A stretch of DNA of 64,000 nt from NCBI GenBank assembly GCA_964016885.1, contig OZ024742.1, forward strand, positions 302,684,001-302,748,000. The letters run 5' to 3'. Position 1 is the stretch's first letter. Every line of letters starts with the position of its first letter. The notes under the pieces were generated by a model, which was not told where the DNA came from, did not search any database, and worked only from the letters and a program-made list of their open reading frames with translations. Made by a program: the position numbers and the translations under genes. This DNA is from Eledone cirrhosa. Its lineage: Eukaryota. Shown in pieces: positions 12,178 to 27,756 of this stretch.

Positions 12178-13055
12178 CTAGCAGTAAAGCCCGGCGTTAC
12201 TCGGGGTCGCTCAGTAGCTGTGTTAAAGTTACAATGTTAAGTTTCTTTTTTGGCTTAAAAACTGTAGTGTCTACTGTACAGACTTGCATGTGGTGTTTTT
12301 GATTAATATTCCCTCAACCAACAATATGCCTTATGAAGTTAAGAAAACATAACGATAACCCGAATGTTATAACAAAAGAGAATGCTGGGGATAAAAACTG
12401 CACTGGTTATTTATTAACAAAGATCGAAAATGTAAACACTGCAACGCAGAGAAAAACATTAGCGTAACCAAATTATCAGTTATGTCTGTCTGCACGCCTA
12501 TATCACCTCTCTGCACGACTGTCTGTCTGCACGCCTATATCACCTCTCTGCACGACTGTCTGTCTGCACGCGTATATCACCTCTCTGCACGACTGTCTGT
12601 CTGCACGACTGTCTGTCTGCACGCCTAACGACGAAATATTTGCTTGTTTTACGTAGTCTTTAAATAGACTTGTTTTCAAGTAAAAATATTGTTTTAAAAT
12701 GCTTTTAAATGGAAATGAAGCAAAACGGAAGCTTAGTGTTCGAACTGATGAATTTTGCAGGTCAATATTTTGCTGGCTCGACAACTGTTAAAGCCAGCGT
12801 AATTGTTTACGTAAGACGCTCAATGTAAACAGAACAAAGGGAAATAACTGATCACTTACGCTCAAAAATCGATACATTATATTCGATTTCGTCACATAGG
12901 GTGGGTCAATTTGAAATTATTTTTTTTCCGATGTCTTCGCTAGGGCTCAATGTAGAAGTATAGCAATTTCGGTGCAATTCCGTGAGAGATTCTAAGAGGA
13001 GATGTGTGCCAAAAATCGATAGACAGACAGACAACCACAGTTTTATATATATAGA
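12178..13055 (-). mobile_element. Non-autonomous Helitron with internal 37-bp minisatellite
   Basis: Minus strand A|TCTATATATATAAAAC...CCCGAGTAACGCCGGG-CTTTACTGCTAG|T: 5' TC, subterminal hairpin, 3' CTAG, A-T target, no TSD. Second copy at 46846-47846. Confidence 0.85.
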
Positions 13056-13917
13056 TTATTTTCATTGTTATCAGAAGTCTAACGTTAAATCATGTTTTTT
13101 CTTACCTCAACACCTTTCTTCTTTCCATCACCCTCTCGAATATATGCTCCTGTTAAACTATATTATTTAAATCTTTTTGTTTTTAATATTTTCTTTGTTT
13201 TTGTATTTATTTCTTTATTCTAAATCTTTCTTCTTAATGGCACGCATGTGTGCCAGGGTCGCCAGGATGGTTTATGTAAGGGTGACTGTCGGTACCACTA
13301 AAATCATTTGTAGAATGCATGACTTTTATGAAGGAAACTAGAATGGGCATCACCACGGAAACGTGTGTAGGAGAAATAAGAAATGTTGCTTCATCTCCGC
13401 TTTTTAGTCTTATACACACTCACGCACACACTCACGCACATACACACATACATATGTACATACACACATACACACACATATATATTTACATAAACATATA
13501 CATATCTATATAATTTTCACTATGCCAACAGATGGCCGTTCCTCTGTTTGTTTTTCCTATTTAATATTTCTTTTATTTCTCTGTATATTCTAATATAGAT
13601 GATAGATATACAAATATCAAAAGTAGAGATAAACGCCCATATTTGTATTATTGTTATTTCAACTATTGTTGTTATGAAATGGCTGTCAATAAGCCATGAG
13701 TTTGATATTTAAATTGAAATTTGAGTATTTAAAAACAAAGAAAATCAGAAATACTAGAATAAATGGATAGTCGAGATAAATATAGTCTCATTATTTAAGT
13801 ATTTTTGTTTACAAAACCTTGTGGGTTTTGTCAGAATTTTGCCGCGTTAAACATAATATTTCTATACGTATATATTTATTATGCACACATATAAACTATA
13901 TGTGCATACACATATAA

Positions 13918-13954
<37 letters not shown>

Positions 13955-13968
13955 TATATACATATTCT

Positions 13969-14113
13969 GCAAATGACCAGGTAGGAGCTTTAATCAGTCA
14001 CATATTCCGATTCAAATCTTCTTGGCGTTTGACGAGCAAATCGATCGTCGAGTCGAGCTGATTTTACCGATTAAAGTTCCGAATCGGTCATCTGCGAAAC
14101 ATATGTCACCTGT
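13969..14113 (+). ncRNA. Truncated hammerhead-like structure with very long stem II
   Basis: GCAAAUGACC..GGAGCUUUAAUCAGU pairs with ACCGAUUAAAGUUCC..GGUCAUCUGC, then GAAA-CAUAUG-UC; CUGAnGA absent; between (TA)n tracts. Confidence 0.45.
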
Positions 14114-14177
14114 GATTACGAATAAAATATGTTGAACTGAAACTTCATTCCCTCTTTATATATACATAGATATATAA

Positions 14178-14788
<611 letters not shown>

Positions 14789-15376
14789 GACTAATCCCAG
14801 TCTTAAAAAAAAAAATGCGATAATATTGCTTTTTTGCTAAACTCCTTATATTGTAGAGTTTTTTTTCGGAATATTTTTGACTGTTGTTTCATGTAAGTAG
14901 ACATTCGTCTCATTCTGACGTCACCAGCCCGGTCTCTACATGTGCGTTTATTTTCATAATTACGCATGATGTTGAACTAGCCTGCTTTTAAATTCCCTTT
15001 TTTTGCATATTATAAACAGTGGTACTTTGGTTATCGTGTCTTTGAGCTCTGCTGATGATCGATTCCAACCGTGACCATCCCTACTGAAAGTTTCGTGAAA
15101 TAGTCTTTTTTAAGATGTATATAGAGCATTTTGTAGTTTTTCCAAATAGAAGGATGAGTATTTTAAACTTTATTTCATTCTGAGTTAAGGCTCTATTGAT
15201 TTTTCTCTGGATTTCACTAAATTCTGTGGATAAATCTATATCCTGATTCTTTTTTAATTGAGTTTGAATTATTTTCCCACATCTTACGTTAACTACTTTT
15301 CCATTTTGACGTTATAGTCACTTATATTTTATGAAATACTGTTGGCTTCTTACTACAATAATTTCTAAACCTTTCA

Positions 15377-15439
<63 letters not shown>

Positions 15440-15559
15440 ATGTATATACTCCGGCGGAAACAGACCCACCTGCACACTTCGTTGAGTGCTCTAACCTGCA
15501 TACTGAAGTGTCGGTAAGCAACCAAAACATACTCAAACCTCTCTCCCTCTCTCTCTCTG

Positions 15560-15590
<31 letters not shown>

Positions 15591-17747
15591 GGCTAAGTGA
15601 TGAGTTTTGTTATTCTGAAATTTCACATGTATTCTCTCAGGATCAAATTCTATACAGTTTTTAATTTTGTGAGGTAATCTATATTCCGCAAGAGACTAAA
15701 CTTATATTTAAACACCTCTAATATTTCGTCAAATATCCTTGTATCGGAGTTAAACACTTTAAAATTTAAATGTAAACAACAAATATAACTTACCTTGCAT
15801 ATATATACAGCAGCATTTATGAAACCAGCGAATGTCGAACAGGAAATCCTGTGCAGGTGACAACACCGGAGTTTTGAATTCAATTCCACTACATGACATT
15901 CTACCATAGTTTTCTAACCACCACTTTTTTGTGTGGAATTCTGTTCGACTGACAACGCCTGTTCTTGGTTTAACACCACCACCAGCCTCATTAGAAGTAC
16001 CCTCTCTGTTTCATGTTTTCAGGCCAGATCTTTGTTTGGAGGATAACTTCCCCCCTTTTCTTCCACCGATCTCGTATATCCTAAGAAAGGGTTAAGAATG
16101 TTTTCTTTTTTCTCATACTAAATCAAAAACGATTCAACATCTCTTTCTTGTCCCAAATGGCGGCGATTAATTCATTCGTTACTCTTCTCCTGTAGTGTTT
16201 CTACAGCATCAGATCAGTAAATAACTTCTACTGCTATATATTCTTATAAAATATTAGTGGCAGAATACTAAAGTGGTTTCCCGCTGCTTTCCTTCTTGCG
16301 TTTGTTGTAAGAGGCCTTCTCAGCCAAATACAGACAAGTTCGTCACGCCTGTCAGGCCACTTAGAAACTAAAGAAGCATGACAAACATGACAAAGCATTT
16401 TGTCAAATACTATTACATTTCCACTGCCTTCGACAGATATAATTGTTTATCGATGTCAGAATGATCAAAGACACTTGGTTTTTTTTACATATCGAACGGG
16501 AACGAATACTGCAAAATAATTTTTCCGACATTCTAATGTTTTTGCCAATTCCACACCGTAAATCCACTATAGATGGTATTTTTTACAAATAGTATCTATT
16601 TCAATTCCGTCTTCAATTTACGTATTCATTTTAAGGAAGCCCTGATCGAATTATATGAAAAACAGTGATTCTAGAGTTTTGTTATATGATAATAGAAAAA
16701 TCACTGTGAATCTTTATCATTGATAATTCGTAATTATCTGTTTTATTTTATTTATGTAGAATTATTTCATTCTTTTATTTTTCATTGCATCATCCTGTTT
16801 GTCCGATTCAGACGTATATTATCAGTCAGTAAAATACAACCACGCACAGCTACAGCTGTTAGACATATACATAAGAAACATATACACAAACATACTCGTT
16901 CACAAATTCCTATATGCTTACACTCTCACCAAGAATTACACAAATACACATTTCCTAATAGAATCACATTTTTAATATACTGCTATTCCAGCTAACTGTT
17001 TATAACATTAGATCGTCAACACATAAATGGCTGATTGACCAATTGGAAACATCAATTCAGTAATTTTACCGCTGGGTCGAGTAAAGATGAAATGAAAGAT
17101 TTCGATAGGTATAAAGTGATTTCACTATATAGACACATTTACATTTATTATCGCACGTACAAATTGATCAGTATGTATGAAAGGAAAGTAAATATGCAAA
17201 ACATATATATACTATTAATGATATTGAATTTCCATAATTTAGCTGTAATGCTAAACGAGTAATACCTTTGATAACCTGAGTGGAATATTTCAGTCCATAA
17301 TGCGTTGAACAGATTTAAATATTATTTGTAATATGTGTCGAGCGTTGTAGACTTACAAGTAAGGTCACGAAACGGGTTCTAATCCGAGATGGAAATGAAT
17401 TCACGACAATTACTTCACCTTTCCCCTTCCAGTAAAGCATAACTAACATCGTTTGTAGTATGAAGATCTTTTGAAGGATTATCACTGGCAAAATAAACAT
17501 ACCCTATCCATAATTTAATTCTTCTGAGTACACAATGAAAAATTAGACGGGAATTTTCGTTGTTTCTTATACAATCGTTCCTCATTTGACCCTTAAGAAT
17601 ATTTTATAGATTTTGAACGATTCAAATATCGTGGCTATGTTTGGCTTATGAATTAAAATGCTGCAATTTTTTTCCAAGAATTCATGGTCAGTCATACTTT
17701 AGTCCAGGCAGTTGGGTAAATAACATGTAGCTTCAATAATAATAGCT

Positions 17748-18910
17748 ATGTATGCAATGTTTGTAATGTATGTAATGTATGTAATGTATGTATGTAATGT
17801 ATGTAATGTTTGTAATGTATCTAATGTATGTATGTAATGTTTGTAATGTATGTAATGTATGTAATGTAATGTATGTAATGTATGTAATGTATGTAATGTA
17901 TGTATGTAATGTATGTAATGTATGTAATGTATGTATGTAATGTATGTAATGTTTGTAATGTATGTAATGTATGTAATGTTTGTAATGTATGTAATGTATG
18001 AAATGTATGTATGTAATGTATGTAATGTATGTATGTATGTAATGTATGTATGTAATGTATGTAATGTATGTAATGTATGTATGTAATGTTTGTAATGTAT
18101 GTAATGCATGTATGTAATGTATGTATGTAATGTATGTAATGTATGTAATGTATGTATGTAATGTTTGTAATGTATGTAATGTATGTATGTAATGTATGTA
18201 ATGTATGTAATGTTTGTATGTAATGTATGTAATGTATGTAATGTATGTAATGCATGTATGTAATGTATGTATGTAATGTATGTAATGTATGTAATGTATG
18301 TATGTAATGTATGTAATGTATGTAATGTATGTATGTAATGTATGTAATGTATGTAATGTTTGTATGTAATGTATGTAATGTATGTAATGTATGTATGTAA
18401 TGTATGTAATGTTTGTAATGTATGTAATGCATGTATGTAATGTATGTATGTAATGTATGTAATGTATGGATGTAATGTATGTAATGTATGTAATGTATGT
18501 ATGTAATGTATGTAATGTTTGTAATGTATGTAATGTATGTATGTAATGTATGTAATGTATGTAATGTATGTATGTAATGTATGTAATGTTTGTAATGTAT
18601 GTAATGTATGTAATGTTTGTATGTAATGTATGTAATGTATGTAATGTATGTATGTAATGTATGTAATGTTTGTATGTAATGTATGTAATGTATGTATGTA
18701 ATGTATGTAATGTATGTAATGTATGTAATGTATGTAATGTTTGTATGTAATGTATGTAATGTATGAAATGTTTGTATGTAATGTATGTATGTAATGTATG
18801 TATGTAATGTAATGTATGTATATAATGTATGTATGTAGTGTATGTGTTTGTAATGTATGTAATGTATGTATGTAGTGTATGTATGTATGTAATGTATGTA
18901 TATAATGTAT
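17748..18910. repeat. Compound TATG/TAATG (9-mer TATGTAATG) satellite
   Basis: Read directly; abuts the 3' end of the R4-type LINE. Confidence 0.95.
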
Positions 18911-21189
18911 GGTTTTATAATTTCACAAATTTTTGCCAATAGAGAGAGAGTCGGTTTCTAACATAGACACAATACTCTTTCATTGGAATTTACAGAACAT
19001 CAACTAGGTAGATATGTATGCATGTCTGCATGCATGTGTAGATATGGATGTTATTGTATGTGTGGATGTGGATGTTTTGAGTTGTATGTGTGCATGTGTA
19101 TTTGCTTTGTATCTGTACATGTGTATATGCAGTTATTAGATGCAAAATGTTTGGAATGTTTTACATATTTTTACTGTTCCATTAATGAAGTGTACGTGTA
19201 ATTTCCTAACTAGTTGTGTTCTTTCTGTTCCTGTGAAGTCCAGCTTCTAAATATTTGTATTGAGGCAGTTACTAACATATCCCAGTGCCCCAATAATCAC
19301 AGGCATAAATCTGAAGGTATAATCAGGGTGGAGTATCTGCAGATTCCTATCAGTTCTGCATAAATATTCTCCTTTTCGCTAATCTTTGATATTATATTGG
19401 CATCTACTGGACAGCTAACTTCCACTACTGTGCATGCCTTCTTCTCCCTGTCCCATATCATAATATCTGGTCTGTTATGCCTGCATTTTATTGGGGTTTT
19501 TACTGGAACATTCCACCATTTCATATTATGTACATGGATGTCTTCCACATTTCTGTAGCTTTTAATGTGTTTATTATCGGGCTATCTTTTTTACGGATTG
19601 CATTGTACAGTGATTTGGCCACTACATCATGCCTCATAGGTAGATAGTACCGCGATGACATCTTTGGACAGCTGCTGATGACATGGGTGATATCCTCGAT
19701 GTTAGTTCTGCAGAGTCTGCACTTGTTATCACGTCTAGGTGTTTTGCCTGCATCCCTATTTCCTTTGTGAATCAGGTATTTCGTGTTGATTTCCTGTTCT
19801 TGGATTGCAAAAGCGTATCCTTCAAAGTGGGAGCCAATATAGCGGTTGTTGGTCCAAGATACACTACTTTCCTTATCTATATTAATCTCACTCTGGACTT
19901 CCTGGCAACATATCCAAGCATGATCTTTTGCTGATAAGCATGCAGTTTTTCATCCATGGATTCACTGCGATACTGCTGAGCAACTTCCCCGCGTGTGAGA
20001 TTTTGATTATCACACAGGGAATATCTCTTGAGAAGTTCTTTCCAACTCTCATGATCTTATCTGTTTCATGCAGATAGACAATCTTTTTTCTATTTTAGTT
20101 ATATATCATGGTATTTTTGGTGGTGTTCTGTTCTTGTTAATATCTCTGCTATCACCAAGATAATGCTTCACTGTCGTTGCTAAGGCATGTAAACAGGTGT
20201 TGATTTGCCAAAGTGTTGGGGTTTTTATCCGTCGTAAATATTCATCCCCTATTTCGTCAATAACACGTAATATTAATGTTATTCGTTTTTTTATTATTAA
20301 ATATTGTTGTTTTAAAACGTTCAGCAAGAGAAATATTCATACATGAATTAATTTCTCTCTGGAACATTTCGTTGAGGGACATTTTCAATTGTTTATACTT
20401 TTGATTATTATCATTATCGATAGTATTTTTCCACAATAGTCGAGGTAGATGGTACACGTGGTGTCAAATTTCTTCGATTATTCTTATTATTGATAGTGTT
20501 TTCCCCAGAATTCGAGGTAGACTTAGATGGTACACGTGGTGTCAAATTTCTTACAGGCATAGTTGTTTGAAGGCACTGTTTGACCTGGCTACTAGGAAGT
20601 CTAGTAGCATGGTGACCTCTAGCACGTGTTGTTGATTCCATATTTGTTGTGTGGGACTTACAATTAATAATATTTATCTTATTTTTATGTTCAACAAACG
20701 TCGCTTGTTGGCGTAATTGTTTCGCTGTGAAGTGATTTAGCTCTGGCTGTATTTCGTCCCAGTGTAACTTCATTCTGTTCATATAGCCAATGGAGGGATT
20801 GTTTTTTTGCCATTTTATAACAATTAAATAAATCATCACTAAGTTCGCAACTCCAAGAGAAATGCGATTTATAATTTCGGTTTCTTCTATAGCTACAACT
20901 GAATAAATTTTGTTTACCTTTCTCGTTTTTCTTCGGTACTCCACTGATGTTGTTGTTGATGTTGTGTTCAGCCATGCTGTTTGTAACAAATCCTTGTAAA
21001 ATGAATTACGTATTTAGTCGGATATCTCTACGAATTCGAATAAAAGGTGTCTTCAGTGATATAGTTAGAAGAATATCCAGTTATTCAACATGACTGGTAG
21101 TTGTGTCATTACTGTCGGAGATAGTATTCATCTTAAATTTAATTAATAGTCTCCCACACCAAAATATGCGACTGATCGCGTTGACTGAC
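18911..21189 (-). mobile_element. R4/Dong-clade non-LTR retrotransposon, copy A, RT domain deleted
   Basis: N-terminal GYMNRMKLHWDEIQPE, C-terminal CCHC knuckle, RH motif and RPDIMIWD..VVEVSCP (PD-(D/E)xK endonuclease); junction at about 20077 skips the RT. 5' limit approximate. Confidence 0.85.
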
Positions 21190-21202
21190 TATGTATGTAT
21201 GT

Positions 21203-24200
21203 TCTTCTGGTTTTATAATTTCACAAATGGTTTTCCAATAGAGAGAGATTCGGTTTCTAACATAGACACAAGACTCTCTCATTGGAATTTACACAACATC
21301 AACTAGGTAGATTATGTATGCATGTGTAGATATGGATGTTATTGTATGTGTGGATGTGTATGTTTTGAGTTGTATGTGTGCATGTGTATATGCTTTGTAT
21401 CTGTACATGTATATATGCAGTTATTAGATGCAAAACTTTTGGAATTTTTTACATATTTTTACTGTTTTGTACTTGTAATTTCCTAACTATTTGTGTTCTT
21501 GCTGTTCCTGTGAAGCCTAGCTCTCAAGATTTGTATTGAGGCAGTTACTAACATACCCCAGTGCCCCAATAATCACAGACATAAATCTGAAGGTGTAATC
21601 TCCCTGTCCCATATCATAATATCTGGTCTGTTATGCCTGCATTTTATTGCGGTTTTTACTGGAACATTCCACCAGTACTCTTTCATATTATGTACGTGGA
21701 TGTCTTCCACATTGCTGTAGCTTTTAATGTGTTTATTATCAGTGCTATCTTTTTTACGAACTGCATTTTACAGTGTTCTGGCCACTACATCATGCCTCAT
21801 AGGTAGATAGTACCGCGATGACATCTTTGGACAGGTGCTGATGACATGGGTGATATCCTCGATGTTAGTTCTGCAGAGTCTGCACTTGTTATCACATCTA
21901 GGTGTTTTGCCTGCATCCCTATCTCTTTTGTGAATCAGGTATTTCGTGTTAATCTCCTGTTCTTGGATTGCAAAAGTGTATCCTTCAAAGTGGGAGCCAA
22001 TATAGCGGTTGTTGGTCAAAGATAGACTACTTTCCTTATCTATGTTACTCTCACTCTGGAGCTTCCTGGCAACATATCCATTCATGCTTTTTTGCTGATA
22101 AGCATGCAGTTTTTCATCCATGGATTCACTGCGATACTGCTGAGCGACTTCCCTGGATGTGAGTTTTTGATTATCACACAGGGAATATGTCTCGAGGAGT
22201 TCCTTCCCAACTCTCATAATCTTATCTGTTTCATGCTGATATACTTGCTCGAGAGACGGGTCCTACGCTTCGTGCTTCGTAGATGTCGGAGGGATATGAT
22301 GCGACATTCAAATGCTGTCTGGACTGATGTTAGGCCTCTGCCTTATGTTTCAAGTAAAGGTGGTCTATGTCACTGTTGATGTGGAAGTTACCGGTGCTGT
22401 TTAGTATTTTTCGAGTTCCAACATCAACTGCTCGGATTTCGTCTATCGTCCAATTGAGTATTCCAAACGTTGGTGTTAGGACAGGCATAGCAAACACATT
22501 GTGAGCCATTGTTTTGTTTTGCGCAGAGAGTTCCGATGACCAAATGTTTCTTAATCGGGTGTAGTATTCCATGGTTACGCGTTCGTTATTACAGATACCA
22601 TTATATGATATGTTCTCATCTATCCCCAGGTATCTGTAGCAGTCCTCATCAGATATCGGTGAAACAGTTAGGTAATTGATGATAATGTTGCTAGATTAGG
22701 TAGTTGTTTTTCCACGATTTACAGTCATGTATGAGCATTTATCTTGGCCAAACTCCATTCCTATATCCATTGAGAACGTTGTAACCAGGTCAAGATTTTT
22801 CTTCATCCCATCCATGTTCTTGGCATAGAGTTTCAGATCGTCCACAAAGAAATTATGGGTTAGGTTCGTATTTCTGTCCTCCTGTGAGCCAATGATGTAT
22901 CCCTCACATTTCTTGAGCAGAAAGGACAAGGGGTTTAATTACAAGATGAATAATGTCACAGAGAGACTGTCCCCCTGAAATATACCCCAGCGATACTTTA
23001 TTTTATCAGTGAAAATAGAGTCCTCCCTCTCTGTCTTTAACCTTAGGATAGTAGCCCCCAAAAAGACAGCCTCTCTATGGCTCTGACAATAATGTCTGGG
23101 ACTTTCAGCAAGTTGGAGGGCTTCTATCATCCAAAAGTGGGGAACAGAATCGAAAGCTTTCTTGTAGTCCAGCCAGACTGTAGCCATATTCCTCCTAAGT
23201 TGACGCACCTCCGACATCGCAGTTTTGTTGATTAGGAGTTGTTTAGCACATCCCCAAACCCCTTTCTTTCCAGCTGCTTGTTCATCTGTGATGAGGTTAT
23301 TATTTTCACAGTGATCTTGGAGGAATAGGTTCAGGCAGGCTGTATACATGTTATACATCAGGTTCTGACATGCAATGGGTCGGTAGTTTTTTGCCAAGTG
23401 AGTGTCTTTGTTCTTGGGGACCAGTAATGTTTGTGCTAATGTCAACCATTCTGGTATAAGTGTATCTCCCTTAAGAACTTGTTGGTAGAGGTCAGTAAGA
23501 TACCTCCGATAGAATATCAGTTCTTTTGTACCAGTAGCCGACAATCATGTCTCTTCCTGGTGTTTTCTTATCTTGGAGTTTTCCTATCATAGTCTCAAGG
23601 GTACCCTCACTTATTTCGTTTGTTGTAGTGTAGGAGCAATAGTTCTTTCGGATTTCTCTTAGCCACACTGCATCTTGGTTGAAATTCTTCTTTTCACCCC
23701 AAAAGGAATCTATGTCTTTCTGGGATGGGGCCTCAGTGACACTTAATATTTTGTTCTTCATATATCTATAGAGTGATGTTTGGTTTCGTCTGAATCTTTT
23801 ATTAAGCACTTTTCTCTCATCTACCTTTTTCAGTATCGGCGTTTTTCGCTAACAGCTCTCAATTCTTGTTTGAGGGTGATCAGCTTATATTGAAGAGTTC
23901 TGGTTCTACTGTTACCAAACATCGTCTCTATTTTATTTTTCACTCTTTGTTGGTGAGGAGTGAGTTTTTTGTGTTTGTTTGGATGTAAGGAGCATTGTCA
24001 CATATCCTATGGTTTTTCGTAGGTCAGCAATCTTTTTTTCTATTTTAGTTATATATCATGGTATTTTTGGTGGTGTTCTGTTCTTGTTAATATCTCTGCT
24101 ATCACCAAGATAATGTCGTTGCTAAGGCATATAAACAGGTGTTGATTTGCCAAAATGTTGGGGTTTTTATCCGTCGTAAATATTCATCCCCTATTTCGTC

Positions 24201-24437
24201 AATAACACGTAATATTTCGGTATTCTGTTTTTTTATTAAATATTGTTGTTTTAAAACGTTCAACAAGAGAAATATTCATACATGAATTAATTTCTCTCTG
24301 GAACATTTCGTTGAGGAAATTTTCAATTGTTTATACTTTTGATTATTATCGATAGTATTTTCCACAATAGTCGAGGTAGACTCGGATGGTACACGTGGTG
24401 TCAAATTTCTTCGATTATTATTATTATTTCTTCGATT
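21203..24437 (-). mobile_element. R4/Dong-clade non-LTR retrotransposon, copy B, 5'-truncated and frameshifted
   Basis: RT motifs YRPIAC, WLDYKKAFDSVPH, GIFQGDSLS, FVDDLKLY, GMEFGQDKC; CRLC..EDITHVISTC; RHDVVA; flanked by (TATG)n. Confidence 0.92.
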
Positions 24438-24492
24438 ATGTATGTATGTATGTATGTATGTATGTATGTATGTATGTATGTATGTATGTATG

Positions 24493-24523
<31 letters not shown>

Positions 24524-24572
24524 TGTATATAATGTATGTATGTATGTATGTATGTAATGTTTGTATGTATGT
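24438..24572. repeat. (TATG)n microsatellite
   Basis: Read directly. Confidence 0.95.
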
Positions 24573-26060
24573 ATCTATGTGTGCGGGTCTGTGTGTGTGT
24601 GTGCATGTGTCTATTATCTACGTTGCTGGCATATATATGTTTTTGTGTATGTATTTGCTAAATCTGGTCACTTCATTTATCCTACTGATTCTATTGACCT
24701 ATTTTGATACATATCTTCACATCTCTATTCTACCATATTCCAATTCCCTTCGTTAGTTATATAAAACTGATTGTTTTGCTCATGTCAATGTATTATTCAA
24801 TCTATATTATTATTTCATTAAATATTTCATTAAATATTTTTTCTCCGACTTCCTTCCGATTTCTCACCCTTTATAATGAAACCCCCACTTCTTTCTTGGT
24901 TATTCCATTCTCTATTACGGTCCTTTTATCCGATTTCTTTAAAAAAACATGTTATTTCGAAAGGAGAACAACAACAGCAACACGAAGACATTAGGACATT
25001 TTTTCGCTTTGATAATTGGAATTTTATTCTAATGTGGGTTTTATTTGAGAAGAGATGTTGTCGTAGTAAAATTAATTTCTGACAAAGGTATAAATCCAGT
25101 ATTGTTTTGGAATGATAGTTTTAGTCAATTAAACCATGATACATGTGTTAATGTTACTTCTTCTTTGAGCTCCTTCAGTTCTGAGCAAAAGCAAACATCT
25201 ACATATAGTGCCAAGACTTCGTGTTCGGTGCAATTCTTTCTAAAAATTTCATACCATCTTTTTTGGTCACACAGCATCCTCTAGAAAGACGACTTCAAGT
25301 GAATCTCGTCATTAGTTCCTGCGATAAACACCCCCACGGGTGTGACTTGTTTTGGTTTCATTTCATGTTTTTATTGCTAGAAATGCCCTTTCACTTCAGG
25401 TTTGCTTGCTTTAGGCATAAAAACAACAAGAATAAGCTTTTACTGGAGTGAAGTTAAAGAAGTATCGATGCTTGAATAATTTGAACTCAGAATACAAAAC
25501 AAGGGAACTTAATACTGCTACAAATATTGGAGTTCGTTGTTGAATCGTTTAGCTAACATATTATACGAAACTGAAGTTAATAGTAACTAATCCTCTCATA
25601 TAAATTAATCTTGTCATAGAGATTTTCACTGTATTTAACAAGTTAAATGATTAAGCAACAGAGCTATCAATAGTCTCAAAAATACATTCACATTCACACA
25701 GAGAGAGTATACATATAGGCATGCACACGACGAATACATACACTTAGACACAAACGTACATACATACATATACACTCATAAACAAATAAAGCACCCATTT
25801 ATAGCAACAAACAAACAAAATCAACTCTGAAAAGAAAAGAAAAGAAATCAAATGATAGAAAGAAGGAGAAAAATAGAGTGGATTAGTTCAAAATTAGGGG
25901 GATTATGATGTTGTTAAAATGGCAAATTTGTTTTTGTCGCTTCTTGCAATGAAGATCTTTAGTCAGTGTGATTGAATCCATTGAAATGTTGGCAGCCATA
26001 TTTAAGCGAAAGGATTAGGCTTAGGATTAAAAGTTGTTTATAATGTATCTAAACACAACG

Positions 26061-26276
<216 letters not shown>

Positions 26277-26354
26277 CTATATGTACACACAAATATATGT
26301 ATAGCTATATGTACGCACACACACACACACACACACGTATACGTACTTATGTAG

Positions 26355-26425
<71 letters not shown>

Positions 26426-27199
26426 GTTTTATGCATATATACATGCATATATATAACAATACAAACACACCTATTTATTATACATAACTATATGTACAAA
26501 ACACAAACGCATGTATAGTTAAGTGACAACAATACCTATTATATCTTATGTTCTAGTTTCTGTTGCTCACGTACACAAACACAAATATATACACTCACCT
26601 CACACATAAAGCACACACACATTGACACACAGCAACAGAGCGACTGAGATATTTAGCTACATATAGCCATGTATTAAACTACAATTTTCATTTTTGTTGG
26701 TAAAGCTTTCCTCTTGATAGAATGTACGGCTGTTAGTAAGATATGATAACATCTGTATTCATACATTCCGTTGTACCAGCTCTGTAATTATTGCTGCTAT
26801 ACACACACATTTCCCCAACACTTTGTCCCCCCCCCCCCGCACTCTCTTGCTACACACCAACCAGCAAAGTCTCAAAAATCTCTATAAACGCTATAAACTC
26901 TTCTATTTTCACCTCAGTATCTGCGTTATTTCTCGATTCATATTTCTTTATGTGATACCTCTCCTATATATTTTTATTTTATATGTAGTTAGCTTTGTAC
27001 TATATCTTAGGTTGGTTTATTATAGGTACAGTTTTATTTACTTTTAGTACCATCGCAATTTATTCATTTCACGATTTTTAAGTGATATTTTACATTAATT
27101 TATTCTATATTATTTTATATTCTGTAATTTTTTCATCATATTTTATTACTATTTTATAAGTATTAGTGTTAGAGATAGGGATAACTCAATGGTAACAGG

Positions 27200-27395
27200 C
27201 AAAATGCCGATCCCGCTTATAGAAAATCTTAGGAGTTGCTTGCTTTATATATTATTATTGGTATCTGATGAACTTAGGCTGTTAGATGGGTGAAAACGCA
27301 CCACATATTCGTCGAACCCAGGAAATATATATACTAGCTAATTAAAGAAATTTATACACAACTTCATATGGCGTTCGCTATATTTACTGTTATAT
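27200..27395 (+). mobile_element. Hammerhead-bearing repeat; diverged second copy at about 28208-28400
   Basis: CUGAUGA-ACUUA..UGGGU-GAAAACG..CGUC at 27265-27313; shared TATCTGATGAAC, TCGAACCCAG and CACAACTTCATAT..TTCGCTA blocks in both copies. Confidence 0.55.
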
Positions 27396-27704
27396 AAATA
27401 TATATGTATATATATATTTCTGTATCTATAACTATGTTCACACACATATACAGAGAGAGAGAGAGTGATAGAGAGAGAGATAGAGATAGATAGATAGATA
27501 GAGAGAGAGAGAGTGAGAGTGAGAGAGTGAGAGAGAGAGAGGGATATAAACCAAGCGGTTTCGATTTGTTTGTTCAGCTGAACACAGAACGAGAAACCGC
27601 TTGGCGCCGCGGTCTGGATTTTACATATCTCTATACCCACTCTGTATCTCCCCATGTATGTAGTACTCCTATGGTTAGTGGTTTCCTCGGCCTCAGCACC
27701 ACAG

Positions 27705-27756
<52 letters not shown>

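Noticed and set aside
17699-18939. His/Tyr/Ile/Thr-rich ORFs
   Set aside because: Translations of the TATG/TAATG satellite.
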